From NCBI GenBank assembly GCA_975705895.1, contig OZ319674.1, positions 4,092,001 to 4,156,000 on the forward strand: a stretch of 64,000 bases of DNA. The letters are read 5' to 3'. This DNA is from Pleurozia purpurea. Taxonomy: Eukaryota. The notes under the pieces were generated by a model, which searched no databases, was not told where the DNA came from, and was given only the letters and a program-made list of their open reading frames with translations. This document shows, piece by piece, positions 1-11,516 of the stretch. Within the stretch, counting starts at the first letter, position 1. The number at the start of each line of letters is the position of its first letter. The position numbers were made by a program, and so were the translations under genes.

Positions 1-313
1 TTCTAGGATCAGCTATTCCTTTAGGGACGCCCGACTTCCGTTTGGGGACGCGATTGGGCCGTCTTGGGGATAGCCGCCTGTCATCTTTAGCGGTATCCGA
101 CTTCACGGGTATTCGGGGCACCTTGGTTGCCTTCCTACGGGCTAAACTTTCTAGTGAACTATCGGTCTGACTTGACGGTTCCCGTCGGACACTCGTAGAA
201 TGACCATATCTCCGAGGACCTTTACTACCCGAGCTCGTACCAGAGGATGATGTCCTCAAAACATCGACGCTTGATCCGGTCGACAATAAATCAGAATCAT
301 GACACATAGCCAT
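1..313 (-). CDS. 5' part of an ORF running off the left edge; by position, the candidate N-terminus of the family-B transposase
   Basis: Manual translation from ATG at 313 (MAMCHDSDLLSTGSSVDVLRTSSSG...KRKSGVPKGIADPR) is open for 104 codons to the edge. It is S/R/K-rich, has a TATA-like element at ~411-419 and is divergent from the family-B ParB-MTase gene, as in family A. No diagnostic motif lies inside the window. Confidence 0.35.
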   Translation of the reverse strand, partial: MAMCHDSDLLSTGSSVDVLRTSSSGTSSGSKGPRRYGHSTSVRREPSSQTDSSLESLARRKATKVPRIPVKSDTAKDDRRLSPRRPNRVPKRKSGVPKGIADPR

Positions 314-729
314 CCTAAAAATTTGCGCTTTTTTGGGTGATTTCACAAAAAGTGAGGAGAAAGAGAAAAGATTGTCCAAGGATTCATAAAAGAAAGACTC
401 ATAGGCCCCTCTTTATAAAGAAAAGACAAAGGAGGGATTTTTTGAAAACAAATAACTAAATTAATTAGTTTTGGATGGACGGCCTTGATTGGCCCACGGC
501 CGCGGCATATAAATAGTGGGAAGGGCGTTCATTTTTTCATGAGTTACTTTTATCCTCTAGCGAAGTCGTCTTTCTACCGCGCGACCTTATCTTTTTACCC
601 AACCACCCATTTTCACAAAATGCCAATTTTAGAGCCGTTTCCTGCCGTCAGATTTTGCCGAGTTTTTCTTGCGACAACCCCAGCCCCCAGACGGTCCGTT
701 TCGAGCGTCGGCTCGAGTGCCCTCTAGCG

Positions 730-1165
730 GCTTTTCAAAATTTCATGACTTTTAGAGTCCGCCCTCAGTAAGAGCTGGGACGCCAGTTTGAGGTTTTCAA
801 AATTTCATGACTCTTGCCCCTCGTGCCCTGACATCCGCGGCCCAATCTTAGAAACTTTTCAAAATTTCATGACTTTCTCACCTCGCGCGCTGACATCTGC
901 GGCCTAACCTTAGAAACTTTTCAAAATTTCATGACTTTCTCCATCGCGCTCTGAGTTCCGCAACCTAACCCTAGAAACTTTTCAAAATTTCATGACTTTC
1001 TCCCCTCGCTTGCTGGCATCGGCGCCCCGCTAGTCCAGACTGCCCCTTTCGCGATTCGCCGTTCTCACACCTCCGCCAGAAGTTTTCAAAATTTCATGAC
1101 TTCTAGCCTCCGCCGGTAGAGACAGGACACTTGCCCAAAAGATTTTTCAAAATTTAATGACTTCT
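730..1165. repeat. Array of family-B motif TTTTCAAAATTTCATGACT upstream of the ParB-MTase gene
   Basis: Copies at ~736, 797, 859, 920, 982, 1086 and a variant at ~1148, mostly ~61 bp apart with degenerate spacers. Confidence 0.9.
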
Positions 1166-1309
1166 TCGTTCCGGCTTTGCTTTGGCTAGTAGGAAATAAG
1201 CTTTCCGTCATCCACTTCGGCAAATTTCCCGGCGCGCTTTCGTCCGCCCTTCTCTCCGCGTTATTTAAGCATCCAGTTTGCATCCATTTTGTCACATTCC
1301 CTCATCATA

Positions 1310-4300
1310 ATGGCTTCCCAGAAAGAGATCCCCCTTCCTCTCCTCACTGTGGACGAGATCTTCAAGAAGCTCGCAGAAGAGGCGACAAAGGTCAGATGGT
1401 CCGTCTCGCTCGGTGCTCCGGATTACGACAATCACGTCCTCTGCCTGACGTTTGAGGACCCGGACTCCACGAAAAAAGACCCCATCTGGAAGAACATGGG
1501 ACGTATCGATTTGGCCAACGTCGGGTCATTCGTGCAGAAGCCCATGGATACACCGTACTTCCATGCGGTCTACATGGATCAAGAACGGATGGAGCATCAT
1601 ACCAAGTTAGACCCCCGAAAGTTTTCTGTCAAGGAGGTGACAATGTACAATATCCTTCACAACATCATGAAGTATGGGGAGGCCGGCAAGTTGAGAAAGG
1701 TAAGTCCAAAAACTTAATGTCTTGTCTCTTTTCCAGGAGAGGTAGAGGCTGAGAGTCATGAAATTTTGAAAACTTGTAAAGAGGTGGGCTAATGAGACTT
1801 CATTTCTCGTGGTATGAGTAGGTTGTCGTCGCTATGGTTGACTTCATAATGACGAAGCAACCAAACAGTTTCAAGAGAGCGATAAGCCGGGCTTCGGTGC
1901 AGATAGCTCGGGCGGTGCATGCGAAGTCGGAAGCGCTCCGGCTTCTTTACAGCTCGGGCGCGAGCCGGAGCGAGAACGCACCGGCGGTGGAGGCACCCCA
2001 GTCCCCCGGCTTGCGTAAGGGGAAGAGGGCAATGGATGAGCCCGCCAGCTCCCGCCCGAAGGTGAAGTCCCGCCGAAAAACCACACCGCCCCCGGAGCCG
2101 ATGCAGACCCAGAATGACGAGAAAGTTGTCGTCCTCTCGGACGACGAGGAGGAGAACGTAGCAGCTGCTTCCCCTCCCCCAGCCAGTCCCCCCCCCCCAC
2201 CCCACCCAGTGAAGAAGCCAGCGGAGAGGGTGCAGACCTACCGGGCCGAGAAGGCCTCCATCTCCGTGGAGGAGCATTACAAGCGAGGGCACGAGATCCG
2301 GAAGCGGACGGCCTTGAAGGAGGAGACCATGATGGTGGATATCGGGCAGATCCACGCGCCCATGCATGACAGGAATGGTGTGCTGCCGCCCCACCAGGTT
2401 TGCTACATCAACGAACAGTTCGTAGCCCAACTGTTGAAGGCAATGATCAAAAGCGACGCGCAACATACCATCCCCTTCTTGCTGATGGTGGACCCGCACG
2501 ATGCCCCCACCCTTGCCCATGCCGACCGCAAGAAGGTGGACTTGTACAGGTATTACATTTTGGGAGGGAATCACTCCCTTTGTGCTAGGTTAGATATGGT
2601 GGCGGCCTACCCGCACATGCACGAGCTTTGGCGGATTTAGTGCTGGATAGTCGTCGGTTGTACAGTAGAGGAGCAGCGGTCGTTGAGTTGGGGACACAAC
2701 ATCGACTCAGAGTTCCGGTCAAAGATGACCATGATCGACCGCGTGATCTACATCCACGCGAGGTACGAGGAGCTCGTGAAGACGGCCCCCAAGTTGATCA
2801 ACATCAAGTTGGCGTGTGCGGAGGAGACGCACATGAAGAATTTTGGGACGGGGAACGATGCCGCTGTTGTCAACACCAACGATAACTTCTTCCAGCTTGC
2901 ATTCCGGAAGGAGCCTGCCTGGGGCTACGTGCGGCAGATTTTTGACAAATGGGACAGGAGGGAGGTGAAGGCCAAACGCGATCAGAAAAGAAGGGCGCAA
3001 AGAAGTCCAAGTCTTCGGCCCTTCCCGACGAGATGAAGATCACCGAGTGGAGGCACATGCAGGGCCTCCACGATGACGACTTAGTCATCTCGGTGCTTCA
3101 GATAGTGCTCAATGGGAAGTTGAGTCTCTCGGAGATGGGCTCTGAGTTCCAGAGCCTGAAGGTGTACCTGCAGATCCAGCAGGCATTCCTCACATGCCTC
3201 GGAGAATCGGAGTGGGAAGAATGCAAGGAGCAATATCCCACCTATGTCACCAACGACATAGTGAAAAATTTCGAGAACGTCTTCACCGCCTGGGTGAGTT
3301 TTGTCTTGGCTTCAAACGGTTTTCAAAATTTCATGAGTCTTTGTCACTCGCGGTCTATCTGTCGACCGCCTTGCCTATTCATTTTTCAAAATTTCATGAG
3401 TTTTTTCTCTCGTAGTTGTTTGGCCTATCGAGTCGCTTATTCGGTTTTCAAAATTTCATGACTTTTTATTCTCGCCTAGCCTTTTTTTCCCCATTCCTTT
3501 TCTAAAGGCGATGTTTCGTTTGTGTTGCAGAAAGAACCAAAGGAGTCGAAGAAGAAGGTTGGTGAGGCGGTGACGTATCCAAACACCTTTGCATTGCATG
3601 TGATGCGTGCGAAGGAGTGGTTCCGCATGAAGGACCTCGCCGATGTCCCCCGGGAGAGGATGAAGTGCGACGTCTACGAACACCAAGAGTTCAGAGACGT
3701 GTACTACCAGTGCCATCTCGGGGACTGTCGGAAGACTCAGATGTTCGTGGCAAAGCGTGACTACACGCTTTGCCTCATTGACTGCCCTTACGGCATGTCA
3801 TTGACGGATTGTCTCCACGAGGACCTGGCGTGGAACGAGGATGACTTTTGGAAGGCCATCCAGGCCTTCAAGATTTTGTCTACCGCCTCGTTGTGGAGGG
3901 TCATCATCCTCCACAACATTGATCAGCGCGAGATGGTGAAGAAGGTCTTGCTGGAACACTGCAGCGGCGGTATCCAGGATTGTATTTGGTGAGTCGAATT
4001 CGAGCTCTCTTTAAAGTTTTGTCAAAATTTCATGACTTCTTGTCTTCCTTTGGAGATCTGTATCGGCTGGTCTGAATGTCTTCGTCAAAATTTCATGACT
4101 TCTAAGTTTGTTGTTATGTTTTTGGTTACAGGGTGAAGAAGAATGTGAAGAACGCCGGCGGTGCGCGGCTTCATTCCCAGTTCGAATGCTTCACCATCGG
4201 TTTTTGGGCGCACAGCGGGGGGCGGGCGATGGACCACTTCAACTTTCAGCACGACGACGAGAGGTCGAATGTCGTTGATGTCCCCTCTGTGACGTTCAAG

Positions 4301-4744
4301 GTTAGGCATGACGGGGATCGGAAACCTGCCAACGTCTACCAGAAGCCCCGAAGGCTGCTTAACTGGATGGTGGAGCACTTCAGTCGTCGCGGGGAGTAGG
4401 TGATGGACTACTGCTCGGGGTCCGGGACGGGTTTGGTGTCGGCGCTTGCCCTCGGTCGACATTGCATTGCGGTGGAGAATGACCAACGGCAACAGGCGAT
4501 CCTTAGGTCTAGAGTTCTCTCTCTTACGAGTGACTTGATGGGCACTCGTGAGGAGGCATTGCAATCCTGTTCCGGCGAGGATGATCCTCATTCCCCCACC
4601 CCAGTTCGACATTCTACCGTTGATTCTCCTCCCCCTGCTACTGGCGGCGATACCGACATCGATCTAGATTCTATTCTCGATGCGGCAGCTAGAGCTGGTG
4701 ATACGCCACCTGGAACGGGGGACAAAAACGTAGAGGGGATGTAG
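1310..4744 (+). pseudogene. Family-B ParB-like / beta-class DNA amino-methyltransferase fusion gene, 4 exons, disrupted
   Basis: Predicted exons 1310-1699, 1903-3293, 3531-3988 and 4132-4744, with phase-consistent GT-AG introns. Motifs: YILGGNHSL (ParB/Srx-like), LIDCPYG (motif IV), YQKPRRLLNWMVEHFS and DYCSGSGTG...GRHCIAVEND (motif I, SAM binding). Lesions: TAG at 2638-2640, frameshift near 2970, TAG at 4397-4399. Clearly homologous to the family-A protein from the ParB region onward. Confidence 0.85.
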
Positions 4745-5365
4745 TCGATGATATAGATGTTCTTCGCATTAGTTTCGAAAGCCCGGATCCAATTTCAAAT
4801 GTAACCATGTTCATATGTATATAAAGTGATGGTTTTTTACGTATGCGGTGTACTTGTTTTTCCTTGGGAGTTTTCTCATGAAAATATGTATGCATTTCGG
4901 CCGTTTTTCTGTTTTTCTCCGAAAAAGATGCGGATCCGATAAAACGGGAATCGGATTTTTTTTCTCAATAGAACAGATCCGGTGTTCTTAAGGTTCTTTA
5001 TCCGACGTTGATATGAGAAAGTCATGAAATTTTGACTCAAACACCGGATCCGTTCTAATGGGAAAAGAATCCGTTTCCCATTTTTATGAGAAAAAACGAC
5101 GTCCCGAAAAAATGGCAAAAAATGGCCGAAAAACGCGTTTTTTTCATGTCGAAAAGTTGACAATTCATACATTTTTCAAATGCCTTCAAAAACTCAAGTT
5201 TTATTGATGTATGAACAGTACATTTTCAAGGGCGGACGGGCGGGCGAGCGGACAGGGCGGAAAGGTGGGCTAGCGGTATACAACGCCAAAATATGAAAAT
5301 TCAAAATTGTCATTTGGGGGCAACTTTGACCTATATATATAGTGTGCAAGGTTCAACTATATGCA

Positions 5366-5460
5366 TGATGTAATTACATTAGGGCTATTACACTAGATCC
5401 TATCAAAACTATGATGTTAAGCGCTTGTGGGTTGGAATAGTGTTGGGATGGGTGACCTTT
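5366..5460 (+). pseudogene. Degenerate, 3'-truncated 5S rRNA copy
   Basis: agggctattacactagatcctatcaaaactatgatgttaagcgcttgtgggttggaatagtgttgggatgggtgacct aligns by eye with plant 5S rRNA (GATCCCATCAGAACT...GTTAAGCG...TGGG...TAGTACT.GGATGGGTGACCT). Differences are mostly C>T and G>A. Confidence 0.8.
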
Positions 5461-5521
5461 CAAAACTATATTTTTGAGGCAGGTCGGGTACAAGGGGGAC
5501 CGAAGCGGTGGTGGGGTGAAT

Positions 5522-5965
5522 CGGAAATCAGCGCCACGACGTCCCCAGCCTACGACCGGAAGTTCCCCAGCCTACGACCGGAAGTCATGAAATTTTGACG
5601 CCCTGCCAAAGTCCGCCGGAAATTAGCGCCACCGCCTCCCCAGCCTACGTCCGGAAGTCATGAAATTTTGACGCCCTGCCAAAGTCCGCCGGAAATCAGC
5701 GTCACCGCGTCCCCAGCCTACGACCGGAAGTCATGAAATTTTCACGCCTTGCCAAAGTCTGCCGGAAATCAGCGCCATCGCGTCCCCAGCCTACGTCCGG
5801 AAGTCATGAAATTTTGACGCCCTGCCAAAGTCCGCCGGAAATTAGCGCCACCGCCTCCCCAGCCTACGTCCGGAAGTCATGAAATTTTGACGCCCTGCCA
5901 AAGTCCGCCGGAAATCAACGCCACCGCGTCCCCAGCCTACGTCCCAAAGTCATGAAATTTTGACA
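5522..5965. repeat. ~60-61 bp tandem repeat (~7 units), each containing the family-B motif
   Basis: Unit cggaaatcagcgccaccgcgtccccagcctacgtccggAAGTCATGAAATTTTGacgccctgccaaagtccgc. Confidence 0.92.
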
Positions 5966-6305
5966 CACGCCAAATGCTTTGGGAGAATCAGTGTCATAGA
6001 GTACCCACAGTGGGGCCGGTAGTGAGGGCGGGGCCGGGCGTGGCCGGAAGAGCGTTGGCGGGGTCGGACGGGCGGGGCCGGGAGAGCACTGGCGGGGTCG
6101 GGCGGGCAGGAGCAGGCGCGGACGGGGGTGGGCGGGATCGGGCGGGCGGGGTCGGGCGCGCCGCGACGAGGCCGGGCGACGGGATGGGCCGGGCGGGGCG
6201 AAGCGGCGGGGTGGGGCAGGCGGGCGGGGCGGGCGGGGCGGGCAGGCGGGGGCGGGGTAGGAAGGGCGGAGCCGGGCGACGGACGGACGGCGATAGCCAG
6301 GCGTC
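5966..6305. repeat. G-rich low-complexity block, copy 1
   Basis: ccaaatgcttt...cccacagtg leader followed by GGGC/GGGT runs; a related block is at 6730-7100. Confidence 0.75.
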
Positions 6306-6310
6306 AACCA

Positions 6311-6590
6311 GAAGTCATGAAATTTTGACGCTCCGCGAAGTTCTTGCCGAAACTGCCCGCCTAGCTGCTCGTGGAAGTCATGAAATTTTGACGCTCCGCG
6401 AAGTTCCTGTCGAAACTGCTCGCCTCGCTGCTCGCGGAAGTCATGAAATTTCGACTCTCTGCGAAGTTCTTGCCGAAATTGCCCGCCTGATTGCTCGCGG
6501 AAGTCATGAAATTTTGACGCTCTGCGAAGTTCTTGCCGAAATTGCCCGCCTGGTTGCTCGCGGAAGTCATGAAATTTTGACGCTCCGCCA
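6311..6590. repeat. 63-bp tandem repeat (4-5 units) containing the family-B motif
   Basis: Unit gaagtcatgaaattttgacgctccgcgaagttcttgccgaaactgcccgcctagctgctcg(c/t)g. Confidence 0.92.
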
Positions 6591-6729
6591 TTGTCTCCAA
6601 CAAATCAGCGCCTGAAAGTTGACATCGTACGTCCGGAAGTCATGAAATTTTGATGCACTACTAATGTTCCCTGGGAATCAGCGCTTGGGAGTTGGCAGCT
6701 TACGTCCAGAAGTCATGAAATTTTGACGC

Positions 6730-7100
6730 ACGCCAAATGCTTCGAGAGAATCAGCGTCACAGAATACCCACAGTGCGGCCGACAGTGAGGGCGGGGCCGG
6801 GAGGCCGCTGGTGGGGTCGGACGGACGGGGCCGGGAGGGCACTGGCGGGGTCGGGCGGACGGAGCCGGGGCGGAAGCAGGCGCGGGCGGGGTCGGTCGGG
6901 CGGACGGACGGGTAGGGCCAGGGCTAGTCGGGCGGGGACGGGCCCGATCTGCGGGAGCGGGCAGCGGGTCGGGCAGGCCAGGGCGGGGCCGAACGGGACG
7001 GACAAGCGGGGCTAAGCGGCGGGGTGGGGCGTGCGGGGCGGGCAGGCGGGGGCAGGGCAGGGAGGACGGAGCCGGGCGACGGACGGGCGCGCTGCGGACC
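6730..7100. repeat. G-rich low-complexity block, copy 2
   Basis: Diverged duplicate of 5966-6305 with the same leader and the same ggagccgggcgacggacgg end. Confidence 0.75.
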
Positions 7101-7419
7101 GGAACACCTCTAGTTGAGACAGTGATAGCGACTGGAATGACGTTCCCCCGGAGACTATCCGTCCCTCCTCTGTGAAGCGCCCGGTGGATTTCTTGGTTTC
7201 CGATGTACCTCATCATAGTTCTTTGCCAACAACGTCCGATTTCAAAACCGATAACAATTGACCGATAGATTGGTGTGCTCATTAGTGTTTAATAGTATAT
7301 TAATTATTTATGGTTCAAATCCTTTTGTGCATAGTCTTCAATGTTTTTATTTGGCTATTTGTTGGCCGGCTTGTAATAATAATCAATGTCTTTTGTGCAT
7401 GTGTTCGCTTAGCTCTCGT

Positions 7420-7760
7420 TGCATTTGAAAGTCATGAAATTTTGAAGGTCTTTGGTTTATATGTCTGTTTCGCTCTTCTTGCATTTGAGAGTCATGAAAT
7501 TTTGATGAGGGTCTTTGATCCGTATGTCTTCTTCATCGTCTCACATTTGAAAGTCATGAAATTTTGACGAAGGTCTTCGGTACGTGTCTCTGTTTCGCAC
7601 TTCTTGCATTTGAAAGTCATGAAATTTTGACGGAGGTATTCGGTCCACATGTCTATTTTCCTCTCCTTGCATTTGAAAGTCATGAAATTTTGACGAAGGT
7701 CTTCAGTCGATATGTTTGTTTCTCTCTCCTTGCATTTCAAAGTCATGAAATTTTGATTTT
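7420..7760. repeat. ~60-63 bp tandem repeat (6 units) containing the family-B motif
   Basis: ttgcatttgaAAGTCATGAAATTTTGacgaaggtcttc repeated at ~7420, 7480, 7543, 7605, 7667 and 7730. Confidence 0.9.
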
Positions 7761-8550
7761 GCAATTTATCCTTGTTGTTTGATGATATGTTTTTCGTTTA
7801 CAGTGTGTTGTTTTCGTAGCTATTTCGGTTCGGTTGTTTGGTGTTTTGCTCACTATATGTTTCCGTTTGTATGTGGCCTATGCTAACGTCTGTTGTTGTA
7901 TATTTTGGAACTAACCTTCATGTCTTTGTCGATATTTGTGGGAATTTGTCCTTGGCTTTCGCTTGTATTCCTTCTCCTCGAAAAAAATGGCCGAAAATTA
8001 TTGATATTTTTCCTATTGTTGCAAAATTTTTGTCTATTTCCATGCACGCCCCCGCAAAAACGGCCGTTTTGTCGCTTTTTTCGGGTATTTTTCGCCAATA
8101 TTCGGGGAATCATATTCGTTTCCCATTTGCTGGATCCTTTTCCCATTAGAACGGATCCGGTGTTCTCGGATATTTGGAAATACCAGTTTGTATTTGGTTT
8201 GTTGGTATGTTTTGCTTGGTTTAATTCTTTGTATTTCTCGTTCACTGTATGTATTCGTTAATTATCTCGTTACGCCAAGCTATTCTTGCTTTTACGAATG
8301 TCTATGGTTGATTGTCGTGTATACAGTCGGAAATGTTTGCTCAAGTTTGTTTTTGTGGTAAAATGCATTTTTTGACACGCACGATTTGACTATAAATTGG
8401 TGTCAAAAGTCTTCTTTTGCCGTTTTCTCGTAGCGTCGTAAAAAATGTGGGTGTTTTTTTCCGTTTTTCGTGTTTTTTTTGGCAATATTCGCCGAAGATT
8501 CCGACGTTTCTCATTTTCCAGAGTTTTTTCTCAATAGAACGGATCTGGTG

Positions 8551-9078
8551 TTTCATGGTAATTCTCAATGTGGCCCAAGACTAGAGTGACAAGGAAGCTC
8601 CAATTCCGCTTCTGGACAGCAAACTCGATATTTTTCATCAACTCTTTAAACTTTCCGGTGAAATCCAACACGGCGGCATTCCGGAACTTTGCAGCCTGGA
8701 GCCGGTAACCAGACATGTTGCCATCAATGTCCAGAAGAATATCGAATAAAGTCTTGCCCTTCTCGGCATGCTCCGCAATGCAAAAGAAATTGATTCAACC
8801 GAGACGAGCCCACCTTTTTTTGTCGAGAACATTCATAATGAGGAATTCGTTTTTCCAATCCTCCGCTCCCATGGTTATTGTCCACGGACAATCCTTTGGA
8901 GAGTAACCTAGGTCGTTGAGAATCTCTTCAACTTGCTCCAGCGCGGATCGAGGAGGAGCCATAGCTACGTGTTGGATAGTTCTCGTGCTGTGAGATGCAG
9001 ATGCTGCAATTGCTGCCAAGCCTGAACTAGATCCACTCGAGATCCTCCCGATTTGCTTTGTACAAGTCAGGTTACCAG
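8551..9078 (-). pseudogene. Fragment of a diverged homolog of the N-terminal domain of the family-A ParB-MTase protein
   Basis: MAPPRSALEQVEEILNDLGYSPKDCPWTITMGAEDWKNEFLIMNVL...WARLG*INFF...AVQKRNWSFLVTLVLGHIENY versus family A MAPSKSLMEKAEDVLSQLGSSPKEAAWVINMGDEDWRNEFLIVNVL...WARLGRINFF...AAQKRNWDFVVTLVLGHVENF. ATG at 8962, internal TGA at 8795-8797, truncated near 8555. Confidence 0.85.
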
Positions 9079-10569
9079 CTACGATTTCAAAATCCAAGTT
9101 CTGGATGTCAGCGTAAAAAATCTCTTGATCATATTGTGTAAGAGACAACAAGCATATATCATAGGTGCAATCCGTTCACGTCGAGGTTTGTTCAGAATTC
9201 GGGCCAAAATATGCCACATACCTTTCAGTTTGCCACAGGCACATTCCACAACCATTCTGGCTCCTGAATGGGCTTTGTTCCATTGCTTCCTATCCTCATC
9301 TTTGCCGTGTGGGAACGGCACAATGCACCAATCATAGAGGGGATACCCGACATCAACTAGAATGTATTCCTTGAGCATATATCCATTATTGCATGCATAG
9401 GCTTCACCGTTCATCTTGGTCTGATCTATGACAATGCATCTGAAAAATTGAGATACTCGTAACAAGCGTGAGTCCTTAACACTCCCGGACCGACCAACTA
9501 TGACATCAATGAACTTTAGGTCTGCATCCATAATGGCCTGCATGCTAACACTAATGTTGTGTTTGTAATCGTAATAGGCCGTTGAATCTTCATTCTAGGG
9601 CAACTCAATGGGAAAATGGGTGCCATCCATTGCACCAAAACAGTTGGGAAATCCCCATCGATCAAGAAAGGCAGTCTTCACGTTGTCCATGTCTACACCC
9701 CGTGGCCACTGCAAGTAACTGGCAGCCCGTTTGTTGATGGCTTGAATGAATTTCCATGTAACTTTGATTGCGGTGGCCTTCAAGACTCCAAACAATTCTG
9801 CAAGGCCAAGATATTGATCACCAATGCTCAATCGCCTACTTGCCAATGCAACTTGCCTAGACACCGTTAAAACCCTATTTGTAATTCCACTGAATTTCTG
9901 AGGAGTGTAAGTCACAAGATTATCATGTAGCATTTCACATAGATGACAAAACAACTTTGGGCTGACTCGGAAAAATTGTTGAAATCACTCAAGGTCCTCG
10001 AATGGAACAATATCAAATGAAAAAATGTGCCATTGCAATGATCTAGGCTTTATTTACCAAGGGCATGTGATTTGCCTTCTCCCACATAATGCACGATGCA
10101 ACAACATTTGAAAGTAATTGATATAAATGAGGGTTTGTTGTGCTTTCCTGAATCTCCCCCTCCTCTTGTGAGCATTGCCAGATGCACAGGAATGGTCATC
10201 TTCAAATGTGAAGTCATATAGCACAAGATCCATGATCACTTTTGTTATGTCGGCGACCACCATAATGCATGCTGCAATCATGGAGAATGAATGCATCGGA
10301 ATACGCTCTCTTGAAGGAGTCACACTTGGTGGTACATGGCCACCGGTGACTGCAACGTCCACCTGTGAATCCACCCGCACACTATTGCCATGATCATCTT
10401 CTGGCACATGTTGCGAATATGGAATGATCATGATATTTGATGTGTGATGATGTTGCGCATGCCTATGTAATGGATGCTGAGAATTCCCATTGAAGGTCAA
10501 GATGTCTGTCAAAGGCAGTCCACTGGACTGGACATTAGCTGATTGCATAACAACTCTCAACAACTCCAT
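9079..10569 (-). pseudogene. PIF/Harbinger (HARBI1/ALP1-like, DDE_Tnp_4) transposase pseudogene
   Basis: ORFs 10054-10569, 9595-9954 and 9079-9543 share one frame, broken by three stops. Motifs FQQFFRVS, GFPNCFGAMDGTHFPI, GSVKDSRLL, YILVDVGYP, ARMVVECACGKLKGMW and ACCLLHN. No termini identified. Confidence 0.88.
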
Positions 10570-11337
10570 GTCTCACCCTCGGGCTGAATCGCCATTGCAA
10601 CTGCCAATAATGAAAATGGAATTATAGCAAAGTGTGTTAGTACACAATAGTACTAGCAAGGGGCCAAGTCGAGAAAGAGGGCTCTGCAATGCATACCACA
10701 AATGAGAAATTTACAAGTGCTATATGTTTATTTGCACAACATGTAGACTACCAATTTTCATTCTATACATGCTTGGGTATTGGTGGTTGCTGAAGCCCAA
10801 AAATAGTGGAAACATGACATTGTGTGCAATGTTGGATGGCATCTGATTTTAGGAAAGAGTGAGCGGCCATGTTCTGCACTTAGTCTAATATAATTGGTGT
10901 GGTATGCTATAGGCATTTTGAAGAGCCTGGCCATAGCATTACTGCATGCAAGTAAAAGGAGTATCCTGAATATACTCCAACTGCACCTCAAGGGCCATGA
11001 ATGGGTCCTCCTAGGACGCCCCTGCACCTTCTGGGCACACCCAGTGGCCCAAACACATGGTGTGTAGGGAGGCCTGGATCTGCAATAGTGATTGGCTGAA
11101 TGCTTTTTATGTATAGGGAAATGGTGGAAATAATTGTGCACCAATTCCAACAGGGCAGCCTTGCTATGAATCTGCAACAAGCTATTTTGTAAAGCTTCTT
11201 ACTTATTTGCAGTTAGTATGCCCATAATGGTCGGAAGTAGTGGGACTGCTTTTTGGAAACCCATCTCGTATAACCATAACCAAACCAAGTCAAAGCCTCC
11301 TTTATGAAGTCTGATTTTTCTTTAAATTGCACTTCTT

Positions 11338-11516
11338 TTTCCGATTGCAGTCAGAAGTATAATTGAGGAGTGCGGGAGTAAACTGTGTTCCCGGATTGTA
11401 GTACCCTATCAAATTCCAATTGCAGTCTACGGAGGAGCGCGAGTGAATATTGTGACTCCCGATGATTGGACTCTGGCATTTCCCGATTGCAGTCTGAGAA
11501 GGAGCGCAAGAGACAA
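11338..11516. repeat. Degenerate tandem repeat that is the target of element A1 (left part)
   Basis: Recurrent ccgattgcagtc / gattgtagtaccct / ggagcg motifs; the same repeat resumes at 29736. Confidence 0.6.

Noticed and set aside
5489..5505. tacaagggggaccgaag as a family-B TIR, resembling the family-A terminus
   Set aside because: No inverted partner or TSD found in the window, and the match is too short to call.
5522..7760. Regularly spaced constant motif with variable spacers, superficially like a CRISPR array
   Set aside because: Spacers within each array are homologous to each other, the constant part is only ~17-20 bp, there are no cas genes and the context is eukaryotic.
5915..7782. 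ORFs with SHEILT or QNFMT repeats
   Set aside because: They are translations of the family-B motif arrays and G-rich blocks.
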